Positions 20,901 through 31,518 are shown, numbered from the stretch's first letter. The stretch is DNA of 64,000 bases from Akkermansiaceae bacterium (GCA_051251915.1 JBPOGF010000021.1:13513-77512), one strand, 5' to 3'. The notes: generated by a model from the letters alone, not told the origin. Numbers and translations are program-made.

Positions 20901-21250
20901 TCCTGGATAACTACCAAGGCGGCCAAGAACGCTCCACAAAAAACCTCAGCGGCGGTGAAAGCTTCATCATCAGTCTCGCCCTAGCACTCGGACTCTCACA
21001 AATGGTTAGCGATAACATCCAAATGGATTCCCTATTCCTCGATGAAGGCTTCGGAACCCTAGACGAAGAAACACTCGAAATGGCAATGGACGCACTCAGC
21101 GCCCTACGCCAAGACGGAAAACTCATCGGAGTCATCTCCCACGTCCAAGAACTAAAAGAACGCCTCACCACCCAGATCATCGTCACACCAACAACCGGAG
21201 GCAAGAGCACTCTTTCAGGCGCAGGTATTAACTCCTCTTCTATTTCTTGA
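17957..21250 (+). CDS. sbcC: Exonuclease SbcCD subunit C
   Basis: Walker A GPTGGGKS, CPLCGS zinc hook, LSGGE, LFLDEGFGTLD, long coiled coil. Confidence 0.96.
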   Translation: MKILKLRFQNLNSLYGNWEIDFTSPEIQDSGLFAITGPTGGGKSTILDAICLALYGETPRLDSINANSNEIMSKHTGECHSEIEYEIGSTRYLSKWYQKRARAKADQKLQAVKREISRWNEQDQKYDPLAEKLTAVGAKVTEVTGMDFQRFTRTILLAQGNFAAFLKADDETRSKLLEQITGTDIYTQISKKVHERHRDEETKLKEISIRMEGVQLLSEDELKLHTAEQTDLNTAVKHLTNKRRDTTEKLTWLKGISDREKKHLENKTLIEHHLTIAKDFEPKQLQLEQGERAAKVHQSYHNVSEGRTNLESLKTKQQTLSQQITQQKTELATAQKLLTTAQEAHQAKETFISQQRPLWTEVRALDTQLDSLNSQVKYAQQKVTHTTKSHTQEQQTGTTLTNKKSALEAELATTQEYLENNTADEQAATSIELIQGLVTQWQRADHQQNKLTSEATNLTERITKGKLLIAQQTDEVTRATKSLADTETNLTKAQQTLTSLLDGKLTREYEKQLTHLNEKQELELRIQSLEQHRHSLTLGDQCPLCGSKDHPYIDPQNGQQRESKVSLIKTQITALNTLLSSITESEKTITAAQNTRETATIQLKSQTEKLQDYQARLTEREDQQKALTTETEASKTNLTQLETDLKTRLAKLSHITENTKLTSPLLDSITKDLTQRGSRWQEATKKADPIKSSLQQITLEISKHQERSKSLKESLQTQAKELQAQQQTLATAQQQREQKFSTKIVNEVEAQTTAELKSLTEQLTTTKTTHHTAEKILAQTEQSQKDTSQQLTDTQKKLSEATATYTLALEKQSFADEPSFLQALLDEPTLTKLRAQEESIKTEWNRLQTLATNLEQELQAEREKALTKESPEDLTTLLNDQETQLTEKNQHLGKIQQRLKTHTDNLKRQAADAEKLATQQQALKVWKQLHGLIGSLDGKKFRNYAQGLTFEWVVNLANTKLQTISDRYLLTRDTDAPLQLNVLDNYQGGQERSTKNLSGGESFIISLALALGLSQMVSDNIQMDSLFLDEGFGTLDEETLEMAMDALSALRQDGKLIGVISHVQELKERLTTQIIVTPTTGGKSTLSGAGINSSSIS

Positions 21251-21827
21251 TCGTGCTATTATTGATCGTGCTCAATTCTCCATCTACAAAACCCACAGAC
21301 TTACCACTTGTCCCATCACCTGTTGGCATCGATACATTCCAGTAGTGGTGTGCTTGATCCTTGTTTTTATAGTCGTTTCTTAAATTGTAATTAACATAGA
21401 GTTTCTCAACTGTAGGCCCAAACTCAAGCGCGGTAAGCGCTTTCTCAGTCTTATCAATAACCCCTTCAATCACCACATCTTTAGGTGCTGGAACCTTACT
21501 AAAATCCAACTCCTTGAATACTTTGGTAGTCCCAATTTCACGAGAGCTATAATACTGTTTCCCGTTATTCATACTTATCGTGTGAAGTAAGGTCCCGCCA
21601 TCATAGAAAGTGAATGAGTAAGTATTTCTTTCTTCCGATAGTGAGCAGGAACTCAGATACAGTTTTACTTTATCTGCCTGAGGCGCTATCTGAGCATGCT
21701 GTAATGCTTTATCCAAGGCATCAGCTATCGTCATCTTTTCCGTTGTAGTCGCTGTTTGAGAAAATACGGTTGCCATACTTAAATACATGGCACTTACAAT
21801 TAGTGATAATATCATTTTTATATTCAT
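21240..21827 (-). CDS. Hypothetical exported protein
   Basis: Signal peptide MNIKMILSLIVSAMYLSMATVFS; 195-aa ORF with no recognised family. Confidence 0.7.
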   Translation of the reverse strand: MNIKMILSLIVSAMYLSMATVFSQTATTTEKMTIADALDKALQHAQIAPQADKVKLYLSSCSLSEERNTYSFTFYDGGTLLHTISMNNGKQYYSSREIGTTKVFKELDFSKVPAPKDVVIEGVIDKTEKALTALEFGPTVEKLYVNYNLRNDYKNKDQAHHYWNVSMPTGDGTSGKSVGFVDGELSTINNSTIKK

Positions 21828-22323
21828 AACACACTAACCTATAACAGCAATAATGACTTGTTTAAAGTGAAATCGTATTTATCCACATTGAATAATATTC
21901 ATCATGATCAATAACTAACTTCTCCCCTACCAAGCCACTAAACCAAATTGTTACTCTTCCTAGCCCCCCAATCAAATACCCTTTACACCTTAACGTCTAG
22001 CCAAGCAAATAAGACAAATCACAAAGTAACTCTTCCTCCAATCTATATATACGCGACAACAATAGAGCGGATCGACAGAACCAAACCGTAAGCCCCCCCA
22101 TACTGACAATCAGGAGCGAGAACAAAGTGATGCGAACACCATCACCGAGCAACAACGCAGTTAGAAAGAAACAACAAATACCCTAACGCATCCCCTCTCT
22201 CTGCCTACCCTCTCTAAATGTGAAACACTATCTAAAACACCTCTAAGAAACCATTTCTCTTAGTTACTTTACAGAGTGGCATGATATCCCCTAAAGAATA
22301 TAGCCCCCCTTCAGACTAAGTGC

Positions 22324-22356
22324 AGTAGTAGAGCCTCCGCGAGAAGGCCCACTACT
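22324..22356 (-). terminator. Imperfect hairpin downstream of recA
   Basis: AGTAGTAGAGCCT...AGGCCCACTACT; no clear U-tract. Confidence 0.4.
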
Positions 22357-22388
22357 ATCCTGATCTCTGATTTTTTACTTACAAACGG

Positions 22389-23429
22389 CTACTTACCTTT
22401 TTTATTCGCAAGCTCTTCCTTAACCTTCGCTTCGATTTCTAAGTATAGTTCATTGTTTTCTTTAAGAGCCTCCTTCGCAGCATCTCTACCTTGAGCAAGC
22501 TGGTTTCCTTCATAGCTAAACCATGATCCACGCTTGATCACGATGTTATACTCTAACGCAAGGTCAAGAAGTGAGCCTACTGATGAGATACCTTCAGAAT
22601 ACATGATATCAAATTCCGCTTCAGTGAACGGAGGAGCCACCTTGTTTTTAACGATTTTGATCTTAGTCCGGTTACCAGTCACAACACCATCAGTTGACTT
22701 AATCTGACCAATACGGCGGATATCCACACGAACGGATGAGAAGAACTTTAGCGCACGACCACCAGGAGTAGTCTCTGGACTACCAAACATCACACCAATT
22801 TTCTCACGGATCTGGTTAGTAAAAATACAGCAAGTACGCGCCTTAGAAATGAAACTAGTCAACTTCCGCATAGCCGCTGACATGAGTCGAGCCTGAGCAC
22901 CAACCGTAGAATCACCAATCTCGCCAGCAAGTTCCTGCTTAGTCACAAGAGCAGCAACTGAATCGAGAACTACCACATCAATCGCATTCGAACGAACAAG
23001 CGTCTCACAGATCTGCAGCGCCTCTTCACCAGATGACGGCTGAGACACTAGCAAATCATCCATATTAACTCCAAGTTTCTGCGCATATTGTGGATCCAAA
23101 GCGTGCTCCACATCGATAAACGCCGCTAAACCACCCAGCCTCTGAGCTTGAGCGATAACCGTAAGTGTTAGAGTCGTCTTACCAGATGACTCCGGTCCAT
23201 ATACCTCTACAATTCTCCCGCGTGGAAATCCACCAACTCCAAGCGCACGGTCAATCAGAAGATTCCCCGTCGGGATCACATCCACATCGATACAGTTCTC
23301 ATCTCCCATACGCATGATAGCAGCTTCGCCAAATTCCTTTTGAATGTGAGTAATCGCAAGATCTAGGTTCTTCTTGCGTGCTTCTGCGATCTTCTCCGCC
23401 GCCTTCTCTGCTGCTGTTTCTTTAGCCAT
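22389..23429 (-). CDS. recA: Recombinase A
   Basis: [42 protein letters not shown]. Confidence 0.99.
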   Translation of the reverse strand: MAKETAAEKAAEKIAEARKKNLDLAITHIQKEFGEAAIMRMGDENCIDVDVIPTGNLLIDRALGVGGFPRGRIVEVYGPESSGKTTLTLTVIAQAQRLGGLAAFIDVEHALDPQYAQKLGVNMDDLLVSQPSSGEEALQICETLVRSNAIDVVVLDSVAALVTKQELAGEIGDSTVGAQARLMSAAMRKLTSFISKARTCCIFTNQIREKIGVMFGSPETTPGGRALKFFSSVRVDIRRIGQIKSTDGVVTGNRTKIKIVKNKVAPPFTEAEFDIMYSEGISSVGSLLDLALEYNIVIKRGSWFSYEGNQLAQGRDAAKEALKENNELYLEIEAKVKEELANKKGK

Positions 23430-23523
23430 AATCGTAATTGTTGTTTGAGTCTTATAAGTAGTTAGTTAGGTAAATATGAGCACATCAGGCTCGTCTTGAT
23501 GACTGAAAACTACCCCAAACTAG

Positions 23524-23558
23524 TGTTCATAGCAACAAAAAAGGTGTTCACTGGAACA
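23524..23558. promoter_or_regulatory. Tandem Verrucomicrobia-type LexA boxes (TGTTC-N4-GAACA)
   Basis: Perfect TGTTC-ACTG-GAACA at 23545-23558; one-mismatch TGTTC-ATAG-CAACA at 23524-23537; upstream of recA. Confidence 0.85.
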
Positions 23559-23832
23559 TTTTTGTTAATTTCATGCCCACTTTCTTGATAACCCCTAGCT
23601 TAACCCCCTTAAGAAAAAAACTTACCCCTAGTAGATTTACAGAGCCATTTACAGAGTCCATACCGAAGTCATAACCAGTAACCTTGTACTGAATAGTGAA
23701 ACAAATAAGCCAAATACCGCAGCGTCATTACCCCTACCCATGTCAGTATCCGCAGTAAGTAATGCCGATATTTACAACCTCCATTTTTCATTTAAGATTG
23801 TTGCATGAGCTTCAGTGTGTAGCTTTTGAACT

Positions 23833-25257
23833 ATGGATACTGAGGAGCCTAACAACGGGGAACATGAGGACAAAAATGGCGGCGTAGAGCTAATAGAACC
23901 TACAGAATCCACCCCGCGGTGGAAACTATTGACCGAGGCGGTAGACGCCAATGACGTCGAGGCAGCTCATAACATACTAGAGGCCGCAACCGTTGATGAT
24001 CAGCGCCGTATGGTCAGCCAACTCGACTCAGAACACCGAGATGCACTCTGCGCTATGTTGCCAGTGGATGAAGCCGCTGAGCTCATCGAACACATGGCAG
24101 AGGCCCAAGCGGTAGAGATGCTCGAAGAAATGCCCGCAGAACGCGCCGCAGACGTCTTGGAAGAACTAGGCCCAGACGCCAGTGGTGACCTCCTCCGTGA
24201 ACTAGATGAAGACAGCAGTGAAGCCATCCTCGCAGAGTTCGATGACTCAGAGGAAAGTGACGAGATTCGCGAGCGTGTCGGCTACGAGTGGGACAGCGCC
24301 GGCGGCCTAATGTCTGACCGCGTCGTATCATTCAGAGAAACCACCACCGTCGCCGAAGTCCTCACCGAACTAGGCGACCACGCCGAGGACTACACCGACG
24401 ACGAGGTCCAATATTTCTACGTTGTAGATGAAATGGAAAAACTCAAAGGAGTTCTCGCATTGAGAAACCTCGTTCTAGGCCGCCGCGCACTTGAAATCGG
24501 ATCGCTTATGATCAAGGACCCTGCCTCAGTCCCAGTCGATATGGAGCTTGAAGACCTCCACGACATGTTCGAGAACAAAAACTACCTCGCCTTCCCTGTA
24601 GTTGACGCCGATGGCAAACTCCGCGGAATCGTAACCAGAGACGCCATGCAAGAAGCTCTCTCAGACACCCAGACAGACAGCTACTTGAAATCCAGCGGTA
24701 TCGTCGGAGGGGAAGAACTCCGCAGTATGCCACTAAAAGAGCGCTGCATCAGACGCCTCGCATGGCTCGGACCCAATATTTTACTCAACCTCCTCGCCGC
24801 CAGTATCATCGCCAGCTACGAAGACACCCTACAAGCAGTCATCGCCCTCGCTGTATTCCTGCCAATGGTATCCGACATGAGCGGCTGCTCAGGAAACCAA
24901 GCCGGCGCAGTCAGCATCCGCGAGCTAACTCTCGGCATCATCCAACCACGAGATTATGTCCGCGTGCTATTTAAAGAAATCTGGCTCGGCCTCAACAACG
25001 GAATCGTCCTTGGAATCGTCCTTGGAACCATCGCCGCAGTATGGAAGGGCAATGTCTTCCTCGGTCTCGTCATCGGTGGAGCTCTAGCTCTAAATACCAT
25101 CATATCCGTAACCATCGGCGGCCTAGTCCCACTCTTGCTCAAGCGCTTCAAAGTCGACCCTGCACTCGCCTCTGGACCCATCCTCACCACATGCACCGAC
25201 ATGAGCGGCTTCTTCCTCGTCCTAAGCTTGGCAAATATGGCGATGAGCCAGCTGTAA
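23833..25257 (+). CDS. mgtE: Magnesium transporter MgtE
   Basis: Acidic N-domain, CBS pair (SAGGLM, FPVVD), MSGCSGNQ, DPALASGPILTT..D. Confidence 0.93.
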   Translation: MDTEEPNNGEHEDKNGGVELIEPTESTPRWKLLTEAVDANDVEAAHNILEAATVDDQRRMVSQLDSEHRDALCAMLPVDEAAELIEHMAEAQAVEMLEEMPAERAADVLEELGPDASGDLLRELDEDSSEAILAEFDDSEESDEIRERVGYEWDSAGGLMSDRVVSFRETTTVAEVLTELGDHAEDYTDDEVQYFYVVDEMEKLKGVLALRNLVLGRRALEIGSLMIKDPASVPVDMELEDLHDMFENKNYLAFPVVDADGKLRGIVTRDAMQEALSDTQTDSYLKSSGIVGGEELRSMPLKERCIRRLAWLGPNILLNLLAASIIASYEDTLQAVIALAVFLPMVSDMSGCSGNQAGAVSIRELTLGIIQPRDYVRVLFKEIWLGLNNGIVLGIVLGTIAAVWKGNVFLGLVIGGALALNTIISVTIGGLVPLLLKRFKVDPALASGPILTTCTDMSGFFLVLSLANMAMSQL

Positions 25258-25353
25258 CTCCCACGTAACCTCCCCTATAATAAGCAACTAAATCAGTTTG
25301 AAGAAAAATTTCCCTTTCCAAATCCTGATTTCCGTCTTAATTCAACTTTAACC

Positions 25354-27945
25354 ATGTCAAAGACGCTCATTATCGCAGAAAAACCTTCCGTAGCGACGGA
25401 CCTCTCTAAATCCCTAGCCAAAGCACCCAATGTGGGCAAATTTGAAAAGAAAGGAAAAGGTCGCGACTATTATTTTGAGAATGACACCCACGTGATCACC
25501 TCTGCCGTTGGTCACCTTGTTGAGCTGAAAATGCCCACCGGCCCAAATGGTAAAAACCTTCCATGGAAATTCGACGTGCTACCAGCCGTCCCTAAAAAAT
25601 TCGAACTCCAACCAATCGAACAATCTGAGACCCGCCTCAAGCAAGTCCTCCGACTAGCCCGTCGCAAAGACGTCTCCGCAATCGTTAATGCATGCGATGC
25701 CGGCCGTGAGGGAGAGTTAATTTTCAACTACATCCTCGAACTCGGCAAAATCGATAAACCAGTCCAGCGCCTCTGGATGCAGTCCATGACCAACAACGCC
25801 ATCCTTGAAGCCTGGGGCAAAATGCGCAGCGCTGATCAGATGAAAAACCTCGGCGACGCCGCCAAATGCCGCTCCGAATCCGACTGGCTCGTTGGCCTCA
25901 ACTCAACCCGAGCACTCACCTGCTTCCGTTCACGCCACGGTGGATTCAACATCACTTCAGCTGGCCGCGTTCAAACACCCACACTCGCCATCCTAGCCAA
26001 ACGCGAGAAAGAAATCCGCGCATTCGAACCCACACCATACGCAGAAGTCCACGCCGACTTCGGAGTTTCCGCCGGAAATTACGATGGCCGATGGATAGAC
26101 ACCACATGGGCGAAAGACCCAGCCAACCCACACTCCAGAGCCGAGCGCATCTGGGACAAATCACTAGCAGAGCAGATCGCAGAACGATGCACCGGCAAAA
26201 CTGGAACCGTCACCGAGACCAAAAAGCCAACCAAACAAGCACCCGCTCAACTCTACGATCTCACCACCCTCCAGCGTGAAGCATCCAGCCGCTTCGGATT
26301 CTCAGCGCGCAACACCCTCCGCATCGCCCAAGCACTCTACGAGCGCCATAAAATGCTCACCTACCCAAGAACTGACTCCCGCTACCTTCCAGAAGATTAC
26401 GTCGGTGAAGTAAAGTCAGCCATCGGAGCCGTGGCCAAGGACCACGAGCCTCTCGCCCCCTACGCTAAGCACATCTTAGACAAAGGGCTCCTCATCCCGA
26501 CCAAGCGCGTCTTCAACAACGCCAAAATCTCTGATCACTTTGCCATCATTCCTACTGGCAGATTCGTGAAATTATCACCAGATGAAGCCAAACTCTTCGA
26601 CCTCGTCTGCAAAAGATTTCTCTCCATCTTCTACCCGTCCGCAGTCTTCGAGAATACCCGCAGACTCACCGCCATTGACCACGGAAATGAGACAGACACC
26701 TTCCTCACCACAGGTAAGGTACTAGTCGAGCCTGGATTCCTAGAAGTCTACGGCAGACAAGTAGGCGTAGCTGCTGGTAAAGACGAGCTATGTCCAGTCA
26801 ACGAAGGCGAAGAAGCCAGCGTAGACCACATCGAAGTCAAAGACGATGAGACCCGCCCACCAGCAAGATTCAACGAAGCCACCCTCCTATCAGCCATGGA
26901 AGGCGCAGGCAAAACCATCGAAGACGATGAACTCCGCGAAGCCATGGCAGAACGCGGACTAGGAACTCCGGCAACACGTGCATCCATTATCGAAGCACTA
27001 CTCCGCCAGAAATACATCCTCCGTGACGGCCGTGACATCCACGTCACCGCCAATGGCCTCCGCCTCATCGAGACACTCCTCGGCTTCGGCGTAGACACCC
27101 TTACCTCCGCATCTATGACCGGCGAATGGGAATACAAACTCCACCAAATGGAGCACGGCAAACTCACCCGCCAGGAATTCATGCAAGAAATCATCAACTT
27201 CACAGAAGACATCGTGGAGAAGGCGAAGAAACGCGCAGAATACCTCAAAAACAAAAGCTTCCCAGACATCAAGGCACCATGCCCTAAATGCCAAGCACCC
27301 ACCCTCAAGCAGACAGACGCCACCTACGAGTGTCACGAGCCAGAGTGTGACTTCCGCATGGGCAAACACATCGCCAGTCGTCTACTAGAAGAAAAAGAAG
27401 CCAACGAACTCTTCACCAAAGGAATGGTCGGACCACTCGAAGGATTCAAATCTCGCTTCAACAAACCCTTCGACGCCGCACTCGTCCTCGACAAGAAATT
27501 CAAAGTCACCTTCGACTTCGGTAACGACGACGAAGAAGTGGAACTCGATGACACCATGATCATCGGCTCCTTCACCCAAGACGACAAAGAATACAAAGTC
27601 TACGAAACAGAGAAATTCTACCGCGTCCCAGAACTCAAAACCAAAAAAGAAGAGAACGGCATCAAGATCTCCAAGATCCTACTCCAGCAGCCAGTAAGCG
27701 CAGCAGACGCACTCCTCATGTTCCAAGGCGAGAAGAGCTCACTCATGACCGACTTCGTTTCAAACAGAACCAAACGCAAGTTCAAAGCTCATCTCCTCTA
27801 CGACTTCAAAGCTAGCCGCCCAGTCTTCGAGTTCCTACCACGCGAAGCCAAGAAGACAGCGAAAAAAGCCGCTAAGAAAACAGCCAAAAAGACAGCAAAG
27901 AAAGCCGCTAAAAAGGCAGCCAAAAAAGCTCCTAAAAAGGACTAA
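25354..27945 (+). CDS. topB: DNA topoisomerase III (type IA)
   Basis: [36 protein letters not shown], Cys4 ribbon, C-terminal repeats, KKAAKK tail. Confidence 0.92.
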   Translation: MSKTLIIAEKPSVATDLSKSLAKAPNVGKFEKKGKGRDYYFENDTHVITSAVGHLVELKMPTGPNGKNLPWKFDVLPAVPKKFELQPIEQSETRLKQVLRLARRKDVSAIVNACDAGREGELIFNYILELGKIDKPVQRLWMQSMTNNAILEAWGKMRSADQMKNLGDAAKCRSESDWLVGLNSTRALTCFRSRHGGFNITSAGRVQTPTLAILAKREKEIRAFEPTPYAEVHADFGVSAGNYDGRWIDTTWAKDPANPHSRAERIWDKSLAEQIAERCTGKTGTVTETKKPTKQAPAQLYDLTTLQREASSRFGFSARNTLRIAQALYERHKMLTYPRTDSRYLPEDYVGEVKSAIGAVAKDHEPLAPYAKHILDKGLLIPTKRVFNNAKISDHFAIIPTGRFVKLSPDEAKLFDLVCKRFLSIFYPSAVFENTRRLTAIDHGNETDTFLTTGKVLVEPGFLEVYGRQVGVAAGKDELCPVNEGEEASVDHIEVKDDETRPPARFNEATLLSAMEGAGKTIEDDELREAMAERGLGTPATRASIIEALLRQKYILRDGRDIHVTANGLRLIETLLGFGVDTLTSASMTGEWEYKLHQMEHGKLTRQEFMQEIINFTEDIVEKAKKRAEYLKNKSFPDIKAPCPKCQAPTLKQTDATYECHEPECDFRMGKHIASRLLEEKEANELFTKGMVGPLEGFKSRFNKPFDAALVLDKKFKVTFDFGNDDEEVELDDTMIIGSFTQDDKEYKVYETEKFYRVPELKTKKEENGIKISKILLQQPVSAADALLMFQGEKSSLMTDFVSNRTKRKFKAHLLYDFKASRPVFEFLPREAKKTAKKAAKKTAKKTAKKAAKKAAKKAPKKD

Positions 27946-27964
27946 TTCTAGTAATTATCAAAAC

Positions 27965-28000
27965 AAACGCCTTAGACCTGAAAAGATCTAAAGCGTTTTT
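27965..28000. terminator. Intrinsic terminator between topB and pyrE
   Basis: AAACGCCTTAGACCT-GAAA-AGATCTAAAGCGTTTTT. Confidence 0.7.
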
Positions 28001-28022
28001 GATTTTATAACTGAGTCGCAGA

Positions 28023-28586
28023 TTACAACAACGTACTACGCGAGTAGAGACTCACCACTGGCACTCCCCTAGCTTCAATCGCTGCGCGTCCACCTTCTTC
28101 CCTATCTACTAGGATAAGCGCAAACTTCACCTTTCCACCAGCTTTCTCAATCGCCTCAATAGCCTGAATAGTAGAACCACCCGTAGTGATCACATCATCC
28201 ACCACGATGACTTCGTCACCCTCCTTAAAATTCCCTTCAATCTGCTTCCCTCTACCATGCCCCTTAGGTTCTTTACGGATATTGAAGACCTGGATCATCT
28301 CCTCCGGATGCTCCATCGCTGAAGTCATACCCACAGCGAGCGAAATAGGGTCTGCCCCCATTGTCATACCGCCAATCGCATCAATACTCAGCCCTTCAGA
28401 CTGAATCCTCTCCCGCACTGTCGCCCACCCAAGCTTACCTACTAATCTAGCTCCCACAGGATCTAGCGCAGTGACCCTACAATCAATGTAGAGATCAGAT
28501 TTCTTACCGGATGCGAGAGTAAACTCACCGGTCCTAACAGATTTTTCTAACAACAGGCCCTTTAGCTGATCATATGTTTCTGACAT
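28023..28586 (-). CDS. pyrE: Orotate phosphoribosyltransferase
   Basis: FTLASGKKS..YID, RKEPKGHG, VVDDVITTGGS. Confidence 0.96.
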   Translation of the reverse strand: MSETYDQLKGLLLEKSVRTGEFTLASGKKSDLYIDCRVTALDPVGARLVGKLGWATVRERIQSEGLSIDAIGGMTMGADPISLAVGMTSAMEHPEEMIQVFNIRKEPKGHGRGKQIEGNFKEGDEVIVVDDVITTGGSTIQAIEAIEKAGGKVKFALILVDREEGGRAAIEARGVPVVSLYSRSTLL

Positions 28587-28623
28587 GCCAGCAGATTCAC
28601 AGTAGAGGTTCTAAATGTAAATG

Positions 28624-28661
28624 AAAAATCCTAGTATCCGCATCACGGAATACTAGGATTT
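28624..28661 (-). terminator. Terminator of the pseudopilin cassette
   Basis: AAATCCTAGTAT...ATACTAGGATTT inverted repeat with a U-tract on the minus strand. Confidence 0.75.
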
Positions 28662-28688
28662 GAAATTTTCTACTAGGAGCTCAGTGCC

Positions 28689-29624
28689 CTATGGCTGAGG
28701 CAGGATCACTGACTTAGAGTAGTGATGGCCATTTTGCGTAAGGAACTTGGAAAACTCTTCTGCTGAAGAAATAGGCCTAGTCTTAAGCGCATTCATGCCA
28801 CTGTCAGATAAAACTAAGATACTCACATCCGCACTAGCCAACCTTGGAGAACTCGCCCCGGAAGGAAGTGTAAGCGCAGTCCCACCGACCAACACTTCAT
28901 TACCTTTGATGCTCAATGAATTATTAACCCCATCAGCTTGGATCGAGACTCTTTTGTAGCCTTTCTTCCCATTCTGATCTGTGTATTCAAAGTTAAAACT
29001 AAGCGTGAAATCAAAAATATTCTCTGCTAGATAATTCTCTCTCTCCACAATTTCAGCGGAAGGCACTACTCCATCAATGCTAGTCTTAGCAAGAAGCTCA
29101 TCAAAAGCCTGCTTAGGCTCAATACGCTGTCTATAAAGAGAAAATACCGGCTTAGCTCCACCTGCTTCAACAACATCTTGGTGAATCAATCTATATCTCA
29201 CCATAGAAATATCCCCCCCTAGATCATCAGCAGAATTAATCTGCCCATTGTATCGATCAGTTACTGCTGAGAAAAAGCTGATTTCTAACGGATTGACTAA
29301 TTCTTTATTGGCTCCCTGACCTAAGTCGTCACCACTAATTCCACTTTCCTTGATCAATACCCATTCATAGTTATTACCTGTACGAATCACTATTCCTTCC
29401 AGATCTTTACCCACAGAGTCAAACACCTCTTGCGCAAGCCTGGATGATCTAGCCTTCGCATTAGTCGCTTGCCAAGCACCCACCGCCATCTTAGTCATCC
29501 CCATGAGTAACCCCACGATAACGAGCGTGATAGTCATAGAGATTAGCAGCTCGATGAGCGTGAATCCTTTCAGTGCTTTTTTCTGCACCGTCTGTGAATT
29601 GGTATTTCTTATTTCAAATTTCAT
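28689..29624 (-). CDS. Prepilin/pseudopilin (GspJ/PilW-like)
   Basis: KG|FTLIELLISMTI class III signal peptide. Confidence 0.85.
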   Translation of the reverse strand: MKFEIRNTNSQTVQKKALKGFTLIELLISMTITLVIVGLLMGMTKMAVGAWQATNAKARSSRLAQEVFDSVGKDLEGIVIRTGNNYEWVLIKESGISGDDLGQGANKELVNPLEISFFSAVTDRYNGQINSADDLGGDISMVRYRLIHQDVVEAGGAKPVFSLYRQRIEPKQAFDELLAKTSIDGVVPSAEIVERENYLAENIFDFTLSFNFEYTDQNGKKGYKRVSIQADGVNNSLSIKGNEVLVGGTALTLPSGASSPRLASADVSILVLSDSGMNALKTRPISSAEEFSKFLTQNGHHYSKSVILPQP

Positions 29625-29653
29625 CTTATTAAATGGTTTCTAGTGGTGTGAAT

Positions 29654-30409
29654 TTATCGACGTACTGCCATGTTGACCTCTGTGATTGCATTCCCCACAT
29701 TGTCAAAATTCCAGTTTGCACTGGATACATACTGATAGTTATTTGAACTAAGTCTGAAAAACTCAGCTCGGAATGCCACTACCGCTTTAGGATAAGCATC
29801 AGCATCTGTGATATTACTACCTGGAGTATCTGGATCTGTAATACCCGCTGTATCGCGAGCAGTAAGGACGAGTTTATCAGCTGTCGAGTTTGTCGTATCC
29901 TTAACAATCTGAGTCATTCTCACCACAAACACGGCACCTTCCACAGATTGAGAAGACAATTCCTTCTCAATAATAGCATCATCCACTCCTAAAGTTCTAA
30001 CTGCCGTCTGGACGATATAGTCGCGACCTTGAATCCCTTCATCTGAAGTCAAATAAGGCTCTAAGATGCCATCACTATTTGTATCATTTGTAGGATCTGC
30101 TTTGTATTGGTACATCAGCACCGCTGAGGTAGAGTCGTGCGAATCCTTGATCATCCTGAAGGCTTTGGCAAACGAGCTATCGTCTGAATCCGATACACGC
30201 AAAATACTCATCTCATTTGAAAGCGTGTCCTTCATGCGGTTTGCATCTTTAGTACTCAGCGCCCGCTGGATATTTTTCTGTGCAGGGCCGAAGACTCCAA
30301 GAAAAGTAGTCAATAAGAGTGTGACTACGCCCATAGCAATAGCCACCTCCACGATAGAAAAGCCCTTACGAACTTTACGTTTACTATTTGAAAGAATAAA
30401 TGATTTCAT
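29654..30409 (-). CDS. Prepilin/pseudopilin (GspI/PilV-like)
   Basis: KG|FSIVEVAIAMGVV class III signal peptide. Confidence 0.85.
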   Translation of the reverse strand: MKSFILSNSKRKVRKGFSIVEVAIAMGVVTLLLTTFLGVFGPAQKNIQRALSTKDANRMKDTLSNEMSILRVSDSDDSSFAKAFRMIKDSHDSTSAVLMYQYKADPTNDTNSDGILEPYLTSDEGIQGRDYIVQTAVRTLGVDDAIIEKELSSQSVEGAVFVVRMTQIVKDTTNSTADKLVLTARDTAGITDPDTPGSNITDADAYPKAVVAFRAEFFRLSSNNYQYVSSANWNFDNVGNAITEVNMAVRR

Positions 30410-30472
30410 AATTTTATTTTAAAAATGTTTGGTTGTAGGTTGAGCTACCGACGAAGTAGCAAATACTATAAT

Positions 30473-31291
30473 TTAGAATGTTGGATCACCTGAACCTCCA
30501 GAACCCTCCATGATTTGATCCACACTGCGGAATTTTGCCATTCTCCCATTTGCCCAAATCCTAAATCCGCCAGCGTCACGCCTTGCATTCGCATCCTCAG
30601 AAGGGTTATCAGCTCCCGGGTTTAACTTGCCAACCTGTACCACAAACTGACCATCACTTATTGACGCTCCTGAACCGTCATCAGTTGGCTCTACGAGAGC
30701 TCCTTCAGAATTGAACTCATAAACATAGCAACTCCTAGCAGTGGTGCTACCTGGGAAGACCACACTCTCTGTCGCTGAGCCTGATTTATTACTAAGGTTC
30801 GCATTAAAGTAAGTTTTGCTAGGTAAAGTGGTAGGTCTGGAAACAAGTTTCCATTGAGTAATAGCCTCACCATCTTCTGGAGCAAGTCCACTAGCTGTTC
30901 TGCCAGTTGCTACCCCCATCATTCTAAGGTGACGTTCGCGCTTCTCAGCTACATCTCCTCCTGCACTATCTGCATAAATCACCACTCTAGCGGGCAAGCC
31001 TGTGGATTTAGCAATTTGCCTCGCTTGAGAGAAAATACTATCAGCTAAAGGCACCGCCGTGCTCACTCCTTTAGAAGACGCCATACTCTTGATCGCTCCA
31101 ACTCCGAGACCTAATAAAGTTGCAATAATTGCCATTACCACCAGCACTTCAACTAGCGTAAAGCCTCTTGCTTTCGTAATCTTATTCGCCACTTTCCTTC
31201 TCGCAGCATGTGCCTCGAACGTCGCAACGCCCCCGATATTCGACATTACTTGCTGATCTTGAGCCTCTTTTGTTAAAGTTGATAAATGCAT
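30473..31291 (-). CDS. Prepilin/pseudopilin (GspH/FimT-like)
   Basis: RG|FTLVEVLVVMAII, ARQIA helix, YEFNSEG; start uncertain. Confidence 0.85.
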   Translation of the reverse strand: MHLSTLTKEAQDQQVMSNIGGVATFEAHAARRKVANKITKARGFTLVEVLVVMAIIATLLGLGVGAIKSMASSKGVSTAVPLADSIFSQARQIAKSTGLPARVVIYADSAGGDVAEKRERHLRMMGVATGRTASGLAPEDGEAITQWKLVSRPTTLPSKTYFNANLSNKSGSATESVVFPGSTTARSCYVYEFNSEGALVEPTDDGSGASISDGQFVVQVGKLNPGADNPSEDANARRDAGGFRIWANGRMAKFRSVDQIMEGSGGSGDPTF

Positions 31292-31518
31292 GTTTTTTTA
31301 TGGATTCAATAATTTGTGGGTCACTTTAGTGGATTTAGAGACCACTAAAAGCTATATTTTTTAAATTACGCAAATCTCACAAAGAATCAAGTTAAAATGT
31401 AAATACAAAGTAACTTCATTTTTTAAATCTTACTTATTATTCGTGATTTAAAGAAAAAAAACTGAATAAACAACCATAGTTAGTGAGTCGTATATGCAGA
31501 ACAACCAACTTAGACACT

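Noticed and set aside
16732..21250. SbcCD as an SMC-type defence system (Wadjet/Lamassu)
   Set aside because: Ordinary SbcD nuclease + zinc-hook SbcC with no accessory effector genes
22277..22292. Possible sigma-54 promoter TGGCATGATATCCCCT
   Set aside because: Lacks the -12 GC and has no downstream + strand gene
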